Below are positions 1-10,794 of a stretch of DNA of 51,900 nt, in pieces. The translations under genes and the position numbers were made by a program. Position 1 is the first letter of the stretch. Each line of letters opens with the position of its first letter. The notes under the pieces were generated by a model, which was given only the letters and a program-made list of their open reading frames with translations, did no database searches and was not told the origin of the DNA. This DNA is from Callorhinchus milii (lineage: Eukaryota). Location: contig NW_024705357.1 in the NCBI RefSeq assembly GCF_018977255.1, forward strand, positions 1 to 51,900. The letters run 5' to 3'.

Positions 1-600
1 AACTCCTGCAGCGCTTGGTGTTCCTGGTAAGTTTGCTCAAACCGTACTATCTGTGCCACTCAGCATTTACTCTGTGCTCTCACTGCAAACTCCTATCATG
101 TTACCTCATTATCGTACTTATCTCGCTCCATTTACTAATGAGAATTATTGCAAAGCGTGAGACCTCGCAAAGCCCTTTACATAATTTTACTGTGAAATAC
201 AATGACTGTGTATTTGTAGGCGATCGCAGCAGCCTGTCATTTTCACCGAACCTTATGGACATGTTCCTAAACCTAAGGGCAATATCTATTGGGTAAACAT
301 CAAAAGCAGATGAGCTCAGATGGTTACACTCCTGCCGAGTCAGTTTGCCTCAATCTAGTCAGAGGGTTATGGGCCCAAATTTGCCACTTTGTTCTCGCCT
401 CAGCCAAACCGTGTTCTTATCCCAGTTTCATCGTAGAGTCCAAAGACAACCCAGGATCCTCGACTCCACCACAAATCAACTGCTACACACAATTGCCATG
501 AACCGCACATTATCTGCTCCATTTCACAATGTGATAAGCTGATAGAATTTATCGATGCTCTCTGTTGTCTCCAACTTTGTTATTGCCCACCCCCCCCCCC

Positions 601-1480
601 CAACAACAACAACAACAACAAGATTCCATTTATAGAGCGCCTTTCACGTCAGGAGGACGTCCCAAGGCGCTGCACAGTTGGGTCATGACCCGAGCAGGGG
701 GGAAATGGTCAGGGTGAGGGGAGGGAAGGGAGGGAGAGAGGAGGGGGGAAATGGTCAGGGTGAGGGGAGGGAAGGGAGGGAGCGAGGAGGGGGTAGAGAG
801 TCGAGAGGGGAGCTGAAGGCACGGTCAAAGAGAAAGGTTTTGAGACCGGCCTTGAAGGAGGAAAGGGAGGAAGCGGCGAAGGCACTGGGGGATGGAGTTC
901 CAGAGCCTGGGTGCTGAGAGGCTGAAGGCCCGACCACCGATGGTAGGGCGGTTGGGGCGGGGGACGTGGAGCAGACCGGAGCCAGAGGAACGGAGGGTAC
1001 GGGCAGGTAGGTCGGGGGATAGTAGGTTGGAGAGGTAGGAGGGAGCAAGGCCGTGAATGGCCTTGTAGGTGAGGATGAGGATCTTGAAATCAATCCTCTG
1101 GGGGATGGGGAGCCAGTGGAGGCGAGCGAGGGTGGGAGTGATGTGATCGCGAAGCCTGGTGCGGGACAGTACACGAGCTGCAGAGTTCTGAATGACCTGC
1201 AGTGTGGAGGGAGGTGGAGGGAAGGCCGGCGAGGAGAGAGTTCCCATAGTCCAGCCTTGAGGTGACAAAGGCGTGAACCAGGGTTTCAGCAGCGTGAGGG
1301 GTGAGGTAGTGCCAAAGTCTGGCGATATTCCGGAGGTGATGAAAGGCGGTGCCAGTTGTGGTGCGGATGTGAGGGAGAAAGGACAGCTCAGGGTCGAACA
1401 AAACGCCGAGGTTCCTGACTGGCTTTGAGAGGTGGAGAGTGCAGCCTTGGATGCTGATGGTGTCAGCGCCTCCAATCCAC
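601..1480 (-). mobile_element. 5'-truncated L2-clade LINE in the GPCR copy A intron
   Basis: Minus frames give L2 RT C-terminal motifs (FDPELSF..HI, VHAFVTSRLDYGNSLL, LHWLPIPQRIDFKIL). (GTT)n tail at 601-620 and a ~42-bp tandem duplication in the 3' UTR at ~701-790. Confidence 0.92.
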
Positions 1481-1743
1481 TAATACCACTCCTCCGCCGA
1501 CGTACACACATCACTCCATCCATACATTTCGAAAAGAGTAGGGGTTTCTTCCGATCTTGTTGGACATATTAAGAAAAATTAAGAAAAATAGTCTCTTTGT
1601 TTTCTGTCACTCTGTGATTGCTGTTTTGGGGACATTGCTCAATGCAAATACCTTTTCTATCGACGGCTACATAGACATTCACTGCACTTTACAGATTATC
1701 CTTCTGAAATTTTGGTATATACGCCGATTATTTGTATTAGGAA

Positions 1744-2060
1744 TCCTGTAGCTCAGCGGATAGAGCACTTGCCTCGCAAGTTAGAGACCTGGGTTTCATT
1801 CCCGGCAGTGCGGAACCTTCGGCAAATTTCCTTACTCCATGCGCCTGAGAATAATAATTTAAAGAAAAAAATATTAATTTTGTTACTCAATTCACGTTTC
1901 TGGGGACACTGCTGTGCGCAGTTGATTGATTCATTTGGCGTTTTGCCAACAAACAAACAGACAATTTACCTTTCAATATATTCTGTGAAGCGCTTTGCGT
2001 CGCCAAGAAGACATAAAAAGCACTATATTAAATGCTAGGATTATTATTCTTATTCCTATT
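1744..2060 (+). mobile_element. tRNA-headed SINE with L2-like 3' end (mirror copy ~12340-12652, minus strand)
   Basis: A-box/B-box head (tcctgtagctcagcggatagagc...gggtttcattccc), family core (gggacactgctgtgcgcagttg), tail tgaagcgctttgcg...aaatgctaggattatt. Confidence 0.85.
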
Positions 2061-2433
2061 ATTACGTGTCAAAGGTTATAGTCGAAAATCAGAAGCACAA
2101 GTTGTAATATTTGCTGAAGTATTATATTCCACTTGAATTTAGAATTTGTGTTGAAATAACACACAAATGAAACCACATGAATGTTCCGACATTTATTGTC
2201 CTATTATTTGCAGGTTATGACTACTTTTATAAGTAACGCACAATTCTCTTCTAATGTTTTCGTTGGTGAACTGAGCTTAATTTCTAACTGGTATTCAGAC
2301 TTAAAATGCTTTGTAAATTGTTTGCAGGGAGAAACGTTTTTTTCAGTTGTCAATAGTCATTCTTTGTTTCGAACGCTATAATTAATGATCCTCAATGTGC
2401 AGAAGTTTTTTACGCAGTATATGGACAATGTGT

Positions 2434-2550
2434 AGTCCTGCAGTTCAGTGGTTACTGAATTTGTCCGGCAAACGAGAGGACCTGGGTTTGATTCCCGGGC
2501 AGGAGAAGGCAAAACCTTGGGCACGTTTCCTTACCACACTTCTCTATTCG
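2434..2550 (+). mobile_element. SINE head fragment (mirror ~11840-11955)
   Basis: gtcctgcagttcagtggtta...gacctgggtttgattcccgg...aaccttgggcacgtttcctta matches the other SINE heads. Confidence 0.75.
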
Positions 2551-5500
2551 AGTAGCATCGAGAGGAACGTGTTACCAGTCGTTTTTCGGGTAATAGTCCC
2601 TAACCCTAGAAAAAAAAGGAAGTTAATCAAATAAAGATGAATCTGATCAGTCTTTCTTCTTATTTCTTTCTCAGTTAATTTGATGGCGATTGTGATCTTG
2701 TGCCGGGGACAGTGCGGTCTCTCCACATGCATCACCCGCTACCTGGTGGCCATGTCAACGGCGGACACTCTGGTCATTATCTTTGACGTTATTTTGGAGC
2801 AGATAAAATCTTGTATTACTTGCTTTTCGTTTCATGCGTCTGACTCCTGTGTGTAACCTTCACGCCATCCTGCTTTATGCCTCCACAGACAGCTCAGTGT
2901 GGCTCACACTGGCTTTCACCTTTGATCGTTGTGTCGCTATTTGCTGCCAGAAGCTGAAAACAAAATATTGCACTGGCAGCACAGCGACTGCGGTTATAGT
3001 GACAGTGTTCGTGCTGAGCTGTGTAAAGAACATCCCCTGGTATATAAAGTATGAACCTTTCTTCATATCAGAAAATATGTGGCTGCAGTGCCTCCCAGGA
3101 CGCAGATTTCTCTCAACCACATGGTCACCATTTGAGTTGCTTCACTACACTTTAAACCCGTTGCTACCATTCGCGTTGATTCTGTTGTTGAATTCTCTAA
3201 CAATGAGACATATTTTCGTCTCTAACAGAGTTCGTAAGTCACTCCGAGGCCACAGCAATGGGAAGAATCACAGTGACACAGAGATCAGGAACAGGCGAAA
3301 ATCCATGGTTTTACTGTTCACCATTTCAGGCAGTTTTATACTGTTGTGGGCCATGTATTTTATCATATCCCTATTGTATCGATTAATAACAATGGAGATT
3401 GTGAAACCTATCGTCTACTTATTTAACTTTCTAGAAGTTGGGGACATGCTTCGCCTGCTCAGTTGCTGTACAAACACGTTTATTTACGCGGTGACTCAGA
3501 CTAGATTCAGACAGGAGGTAACGAGGGCCATCAAGTGCTCATTTGCTGCTATTCTTAAATTCTTTCAATTTTAAAACCCACAGTCGAAATCTTCCGATCA
3601 ATTGAAGTGAGCGCAGCTGTCCTTCCAGTGTCCAGTCACCACGAATCCGCTTTGGGATAGAGTTTGATAGAGAGGGCAATTGGGGAGAAAGAAAGTGACA
3701 GAAAGAGCACCTGTTTGGTCAGTGTGAACCGTGTGGAGAAAGTGTATTTGAAGAGAAAGAGAGAAATGGTCATAGCAAAGAATTGGTTGTGTTTCGGAGG
3801 AAGAGATTGTAATAAAGGGAGAGACTGTGTTTGAAATTGTGTGTGTTTCTACACTGATGCGATTAGGTTGTATAAAATAATATGAGGAAATATTCTGAAC
3901 ATTGGAAGTGAGTGCAGCTCTCATCCCAATTCATAGTCACCTTGAGCTGTCGGTCAGTTAAAATTGAACAGCGTGACTTTATGTGATAATAATCACATAA
4001 ACTAGAATTGTTCTCGCCGAAGACTAATGAAACATTAACTTGATAACTTTATTGTATTGCTATGTCATTTGCCTCTAATAGAAAATTACTGAACATTTGT
4101 ACTCTTGTGCTTTCAAATGAAATTTCGCTGCTGTCATTAATTTTGTGTCTTTTGTAAAATTGCAAAATAATGTATTATAGTTTCTAATGTCCTTACTTTT
4201 CTTCTCGTTTACCTGGTTAACTGTTTGAAATGACAAGTGTATGTTTTCCTTTTGTAAAATATCCTGGCTATTCATGTGGAAACCGTTGCAGTGTGAGAGA
4301 GATGATCAGTGTTAGGTGAAGAGTGAGGTGGAGAAATTGTTTAACTATAAGGATTTCCATTGTTTCTCTCCAATCAATCATATAGAGAAGGAAGATGGAA
4401 TGTTTTCGTAAGATGTTTTGTGGGATGAGGAAGGGCGCGGCGCTGATGTGGAGTAACAATTAGGGAAACGGAGTTTGTGAGATGAAGCAGATTCAGGTCG
4501 CAAAAATATGTTTGTTAACATGTATAAATATCGGGCACTTATCAGCATGCAGTTGGATCAGACCCGGGAATGCAGAAGATAATGAAGATGACGGGAAGAA
4601 AATGATAGCAAGAGTATAATCTATTTTTGCCAAATTAACTATATTGTTCTGTATCATGCACATTGTTATATAAACGGTGTACAATTAATTTCCATCTGTC
4701 TGTTTGAGCTTCATTGTCTCGACGTTTCGAATCACTCAAACACACAAAAAAAATTTGAGCCCACAATTTGATTTTAATTCAATAAACTATTGAAATATTG
4801 CAGTAAAAATCAGTCAATACACGTGCACCAGGTACACACAATCCTCATTTCTAAGCTGCCCCATTTGTCCGAACATTTGAACACTCACCAGTCCTGCACT
4901 AGTGTCACACACATCTAACATGTCGGGAGCATCACTGGTTACACTGAGCGGATCTGCACTCTTAGCACAAGGATTTTCTGTGGGATTGTCATCCAAGACA
5001 CAAGGAGACAACGTACCTCTCTAACATGTTGGTGTCAGAGCCATGCATTGTTTTACACAGTTTTTCAAACGTTTTATAATGATCCGATTTGGAGATGATT
5101 TCCACATTGTTTGCTCACCCCGTCTTCCCCTTGGTTTCCCCAAACCCCTCCCCCCACACAAAAAGCCCCCACATCCCCACCCTCCCCACCCCACCCAACA
5201 TTGGTTTTCGCCTCAACCAACCATTCCTCTTAGTCATTTCTCTCCTCGTTATTATTCTTCCAGTTGTTCAGTCACTGCACACAGAAATTCTGGAACATTC
5301 TCGCTCAAGCCCATCGCCTTCCACCACCCTTCCGTTTCCTCACGGCGCAGCTGATGACCTTCACCTTTGATCATGCTGACAGTTACCGTCCAAATTATCT
5401 ACAGCTCAGCATCAGGCCCCGTCACTCCTAAGCGCTCTGGGCCCTATCCTGCGTAACTGGCGCTAAAACAGTTCACGTGTTTTTTATTGTTGCAACCGGA

Positions 5501-5899
5501 TCCCCCTCCACGTTGCTTGCCTTGGGACGTCCTCCTGACGTGAAAGGCGTTCAATAAATGTAATCTGTTGTCGTTGTTTTTGATAGGGATTGTATAGGGC
5601 AGAAACAAATAAACTATTTCTATTGGGATAATCCATAACAAGGGGCTGTATTTTAAGGTTAGATCCAGGCCATATCGGAATCAAATCAGGAAGCTATATT
5701 TTTTCCCTCAAAGGAAGAAGATCTGTCCCCCGAAAGACTGTGGATTGTTTGGATTTCCGATCCCTGAGATCGAAATATGTCCCAACTATCAAATTGGTGG
5801 AACAGAGTTTATAAATAAACTATTGTTAAAACACAATCAATTACAAAATTAAAGGCATACTATTATTTCAGAAGTTCCTCTATCACTTGTGGGTAGATA

Positions 5900-6065
5900 G
5901 AATCTACGACTGTTTATGGAACTTGCTTTACGCAATTGGCTGCCGCACTTGCCCACAAACGTACGGTCAAGTCACTTCATAGTGTGTTCTGCGAAGTGCT
6001 TTGGGACGTCCTCCCGACGTGAAAAGCGCTATATCAAATGCAAGGATTATTATTTGTATTATTAT
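5900..6065 (+). mobile_element. SINE 3' half
   Basis: ttggctgccgcacttgcccacaaa...ctttgggacgtcctcccgacgtgaaaagcgctatatcaaatgcaaggattattatt. Confidence 0.8.
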
Positions 6066-6162
6066 AGATAGTTGCAGTAACTTAATTTCCCGTTCCACCC
6101 TGAGGCCATTGGTGACTGCGCAGAACACTAGAACACTTCTATATTCTACCTAAATTTATGTC

Positions 6163-9100
6163 AACAACAACAACAACAACTACAAGATTCGATTTAGAAA
6201 GCGCATTTTACGTCGGGAAAGGCGCTATACAGTTGGGTCAGAACCCGAGCAGGGGGGAAATGGTCAGGCTGAGGGGAGGGAAGGGAGGGAGCGAGGAGGG
6301 GTAGGGAGTCGAGAGGGGAGCTGGAGGCACGGTCAAATGGAAACGTCTTGAGTCAGGCCTTGAATGAGGATAGGGAGGAGGCAAGGCGAAGGCAATGGGG
6401 GATAGAGTTCCAGAACGTAGTGGCTGAGAGGCCGAAGGCACGTCCACCGATGGTAGGGCGGTTGGGGCGTGGGATGTGGAGCAGACCGGAGACAGAGGAA
6501 AGGAGTGTACGGGCAGGTAGGTAGGGGGATAATAGGTCGGAGAGGTAGGAGGGAGCAAGGCCGTGAATGGCCTTGTACGTGAGGGTGAGGAACTTGAATT
6601 CGATCCTCTGGCGGATGGGGAGCCAGTGGAGGCGAGCGAGGGTGGGAGTGATGTGTTCCCGAAGTCTGGTGCGGGACAGTATACGAGCTGCAGAGTTCTG
6701 AATAACCTGCAGTGTGGAGGGAGGTGGCGGGAAGGCCGGCGAGGAGAGAGTTCCCATAGTCCAGCCTTGAGGTGACAAAGGCGTGGACCAGAGTTTCAGC
6801 TGCGTGAGGGGTGAGGCAGTGCCGTCGTCTGGCGATATTCCGGAGGTGATGGAAGGCGGTGCCAGTTGTGGCGCGGATTTGAGGGAGAAAGGACAGCTCA
6901 GGGTCGAACAGAACCCCGAGGTTCCTGACTGGCTTTGAGAGGTGGAGAGTGCAGCCTTGGATGCTGATGGTGTCGGCGCCTGAGGTGCGGTGGTGCTGAC
7001 GTGAACCAATCAGGAGGGCCTCGGTTTTGCGTCCGTTGAGCTGAAGAAAGTTATCTCTCGTCCAGGACTCGATGTCGGACAGGCAGCTGTCAGGACATCG
7101 GTGGTCGTGGAGTTGAGGGTCGAGGAGGAAAGTTAGAGTTGGGTGTCATCCTCATACATGTGGAAGTTAACCCCATTTCTGCGGATGATTTCACCAAGGG
7201 GGAGCCTATAGAGGGTGAAGAGGAGGGCACCAAGGACAGAGTCCGGAGGGACAATGCACGAGACTGTGCCGCGCCCGAGGAAAAACCATTCGTGCAAACA
7301 AAGTGAAGACGGTGGGAGAGGTACGACCTGAACCACTCAAGGTCAGGGCCTTGAAAGTTGAGGTGGGAGAACAAGCGGTGGAGTAGGATAGCGTGGTCGA
7401 CCCTATCGAATGCTGCCGATAGGTCGAGGAGGACGAGGAGGCAGAGGGAGCCCTGGTCACAGATGGTCAGGATGTCATTGGTGACCTTGACCAGGGCAGT
7501 TTCTGTGCTATGGGCAGCACGGAAATCTGACTGAAGGGGTTCGAATAATGAATGCGTGGAGAGGAAAGAGCGCAGCTTGGAGGCGAGAAGTCGTTCCAGG
7601 ACCTTGGACAGGAAGTGAAGGTTGGAGATGGGCCGGTAGCTTGATAGCTGCGACGCATCAATGGGGGGTGTTTTCAAGGTGGGTGTAATGTTGGCAATTT
7701 TTAAGGGAATGGGAACAGAGCCAAAGGAGAGGGACAGGTTGACGATGTCTGTTATGTATGGGGCGAGGAGGTGGAGCTGGGAGATAAGGAGCAGAGTGGG
7801 GATGGGGTCAAGGGAGCACGTGCTGAGTTTCAGAGATAGAATGATTTTGGTGACGGAGGGTGGGGAAAGGGGTACGAAATTATGTAGGGGAGGATGGGTT
7901 GGAATCGGAGTATGGAAGCGAGGGGGTGTTTGTTGGGTGGATGTTGGAGGGGAAGTAACTGTGGAGCGAATTCGCTTGATTTTGGATTCAAGGAAATGCA
8001 GCATCTCCTCGCAATGAAGGTTGGAGGAGATGACCTACGTGGGGTCGTGGGGGGGATGGAGGACTCGAGATGTGGTAGAAAACAGTAGCCTGGGGTTGTT
8101 CTTCTCCTCCAGGATTATCCTGGAGTAGAAGGATAATTTGGACCAAGCTTGAGTGGACCGGTAGATTTTGAGGAGGTCCAGCCAGTTTTGTCGGTGGACC
8201 TTTAGGCCAGATTTGACGCAGGTGCATTCAGCGGCCCGCACCTGGCTCTTCAGTGAGCGGAGGTGGATGGTGAACCAGGGGGACAAGCGAGAGTAGGAGA
8301 CAGTACGGCAGGTGATGGGGGCAAGTGAGTCGAGTGTGGAGGGCTGGGTGTTGTGGAAAGGGTGAGAGGAGAAGAGAGGTCAGTGAGGGTTGAAGGCCAG
8401 AGGGAGAGGAGTTCAGAGGACTCCAAGGCAGCGTTTAGGGATTGTGGGGGTAACTTCTTCCAGGGTCGTTAGAAGATGGTGGTGGTTCTAGTGGAGGTGG
8501 AGAGGGGATGGAGGTGGTGAAGGAGATGAAGTGGTGATCAGAGACAGCCTAGTTTGTAATGGTGACATCCGAGACACTGAGGTCCCAGGCGATCACCAAG
8601 TCGAGTGGGTGGCCGTGACTATGAGTGGGGGAGTTGATTTGGAAGGATAGATTAAGCGAGCAGAGCAGGAAAGAGAAGTCTGAGGAGATGGAGCAGGAGG
8701 GTGTGAAGTGCAGGTTGAAGTCGCCCAGGATGCTGAGGTGATCAGAGCAGAGGCAGAGAGATGTAAGAAGTGTTGAAATATCGGAGATGAAGGGAAAGGT
8801 TTTAGGGGGCCGGTAGAGGAGGAGGATTTTGAGTGAGAGGAAGGAGGAGTGGGAGAGGCTAAGGTGCACACAAGAGGGGAAAGAGTCAGAGGAGTAGGGC
8901 ATAGGGCATGTGGTGTTCTTGGGATAAAGGCTACTCCAGCGCCACGGCGGTTGGGGCGAGTGATGTGGTGGGAGGTGTAGCCGGGTGGTGTGGCCTCCGT
9001 GAGGGGGAAGGTGTTGCCTGGGGTGAGCCAGGTTTCCGATAAGGCCATGATGTCAGTGCTCTCATCAAGGATGAGATCCTTGATGACCAGAGCCTTGTTA

Positions 9101-9650
9101 CAGAGGGAGCGGATGTTTTGTAGTCCGATTTGGATGGAGCGGTTGACAGAAGGGTGTGTGGGAGGGCAGTGGGTCCAGGTTGTGAAGCAGGGGTGTGGGA
9201 AATGGGGATAAAGGAGGAGAGGTTGGCTCCCCGTGTCTGTGTCCGTGGTGGCTGGCGAGTGTAGTGGGGAATGGGGCAGTCGGTGTGGCTGCTGCTGGAC
9301 AGCCAACGCCGAGTGCCACGGTGAGCCCGGCGGAGGATTCCCAGGCTGGAGCAGAGGATGGTTGTAGGAGGGTCAAGTGGGGATAGAAGGCGAGAGGGAC
9401 GGAGAGAAAGGAGGACAGAGCGGGAGACATGCAGAGGGGGGAGGGTTTCGGGGAAGAGAGGAGGGAGGGGGTGAGGGGCCTTGGGTCATAGCGGCAGCCA
9501 TAGTGCGCACATGGGGACCAGGAGCGAGCTGTCAGGTGGATGGAAACATTATCCCATAGGCTGGGGCTGGGACAGCCAACCCAACAGGACCATGGTGGGC
9601 CCTGATGTGAGCCCTGGGGAGGGTCGCAGAGGTTTTTATTTTTTTGTGCG
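6163..9650 (-). mobile_element. Near full-length decayed L2 LINE ORF2 (APE endonuclease + reverse transcriptase) with multiple frameshifts
   Basis: Endonuclease motifs LQNIRSL, LSETWL, RRGAGVA (8593-9306) and LLYRPP, ILGDFNLH, HGHPLDLV (8549-8902). RT motifs YRPISNL.FLSKVLE, QSDFR..HSTETALVKVTND, LLDLSAAFD, YEDDTQL (7090-8004). (GTT)n tail at ~6163-6180. 5' boundary approximate. Confidence 0.93.
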
Positions 9651-9729
9651 CGCACACTCCTGAAAACTAAATTGAACATGTACATCAAGTTTCCATCCTT
9701 GGCCCCCTCCTCTTTCTGATCTATATGCA

Positions 9730-10640
9730 CCTCTTGGTGATGTCATCCGCAGACAAGGGGTACAATTCCACATGTATGCAGGTGACACCCAACTCAATTT
9801 TTACACCTCTCTTTGCGACCCCCAGTCCCCTGATATTGTGTCAGCTGCCTGTCAGATCACACGGGCTGGATGAGGGCCAACTTCCTTCAGCTGAACGTTG
9901 ACAAGACGGAAGCCATACACTTTGGCTCGAGTTAACCTCTGGAATCTCACGGTTATCACATCCTCCACCAAACTGACTTCCCCTTAAAACTCTCCGAAAG
10001 CGTACGCAATCCAGGCGTCAGGTTCGACCCCCAATTATCCTTTCTCCCCCAAAACCTGTCCCTCACCAGCACCGCTTTGTTCCACCTCCGGCTGGTTTGC
10101 TCCAACGCCCTCCTCTCCGGTCTCCCATCCACTACCGTCCATAAAATCCAACTCATTCGGAACTCTGCCGCCCGCATTCTCACCCGAACCAAACTCCGCT
10201 TCCCGATCACCCCCAGTCCTGGTCAGACAGCATTGGATCCCTATCCCAGAGAGGATCCACTTCAAGATCCTCAGCCTTGTATTCAAGTCCCTGCACTTCT
10301 CTGCACCCTGCGACCTCACTGACCTCCTCTCTCCTCAAAACAGAACTCGTTTCCTTCGTTGTTCCGGGTCTGGCCTTCTCCTCGTCTCCCGAGTTCTCCA
10401 CTCTGCGGCCGTGCCTTCAGCCACTATGCCTCGAGGCTCTGGACCTGCCTTCCTCACTGCCTTAGTGTCGATCCCTCCCTTCCCATTTTCAGGTCTCTGC
10501 TTAAGAACTTCATTTTCGACATTTGGCCACTTCCCCCCTCACCTCCCGAAGCTCGGTCCCGGAATCCGTCACTGTTAAGTGCTCTGAGACGCCCTCCGGC
10601 GTAGAGGGCGCTGTATAAATCCATGTTGTTGTTGCTGTTT
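9730..10640 (+). mobile_element. Decayed L2 LINE 3' fragment (divergent subfamily)
   Basis: ORFs 10077-10322 and 10359-10604 give LLSGLP, IQLIRNSAARILTRT and RAFSHYASRLW. Ends gagacgccctccggcgtagagggcgctgtataaatccatgttgttgttg. Confidence 0.85.
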
Positions 10641-10693
10641 TGTGTGCGAAAGAGAGAGACGGAGAGACTGTGTGTATGTGGGACAGAATGAAT

Positions 10694-10723
10694 NNNNNNN
10701 NNNNNNNNNNNNNNNNNNNNNNN
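10694..10723. other. Assembly gap (30 N)
   Basis: Run of N. Confidence 1.
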
Positions 10724-10794
10724 TGGTGGGGCGTATCCCCTGGATATCCCTTCTTAGAGACAGGAACAAAGCGAAGACGTACCAGAATTTATTT

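Larger units (their letters stand above)
1..3574 (+). pseudogene. Class A GPCR, GPR139/142-like, copy A: exon 1 3' end 1-26, exon 2 2675-3574; frameshifted as assembled
   Basis: Donor cctg|gtaagt at 27 and acceptor tttctcag| at 2674. ORF 2834-3574 has FTFDRCVAIC (DRY-like) and CCTNTFIY (NPxxY-like). Exon 2 is 900 nt vs 902 nt in copy B because of two single-T losses near 2814 and 2820, giving TAA at 2854-2856 in the upstream frame. Confidence 0.8.
1..3590. repeat. Left arm of a large inverted duplication (partner 10795-14396); outer end lies outside the window
   Basis: Position 1 (aactcctgca) is the reverse complement of 14387-14396. Similarity runs to cagtcgaaat at 3581-3590, matching the reverse complement starting at 10795. 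The ORF track is mirrored, e.g. 825-1523(-) vs 12869-13636(+) and 1712-2038(+) vs 12354-12680(-). Confidence 0.97.

Noticed and set aside
678-1523. Pro/Ser- or Gly/Arg-rich ORFs over L2 copies (also 6238-9730, 12869-13707)
   Set aside because: Alternative-frame or antisense translations of L2 sequence.
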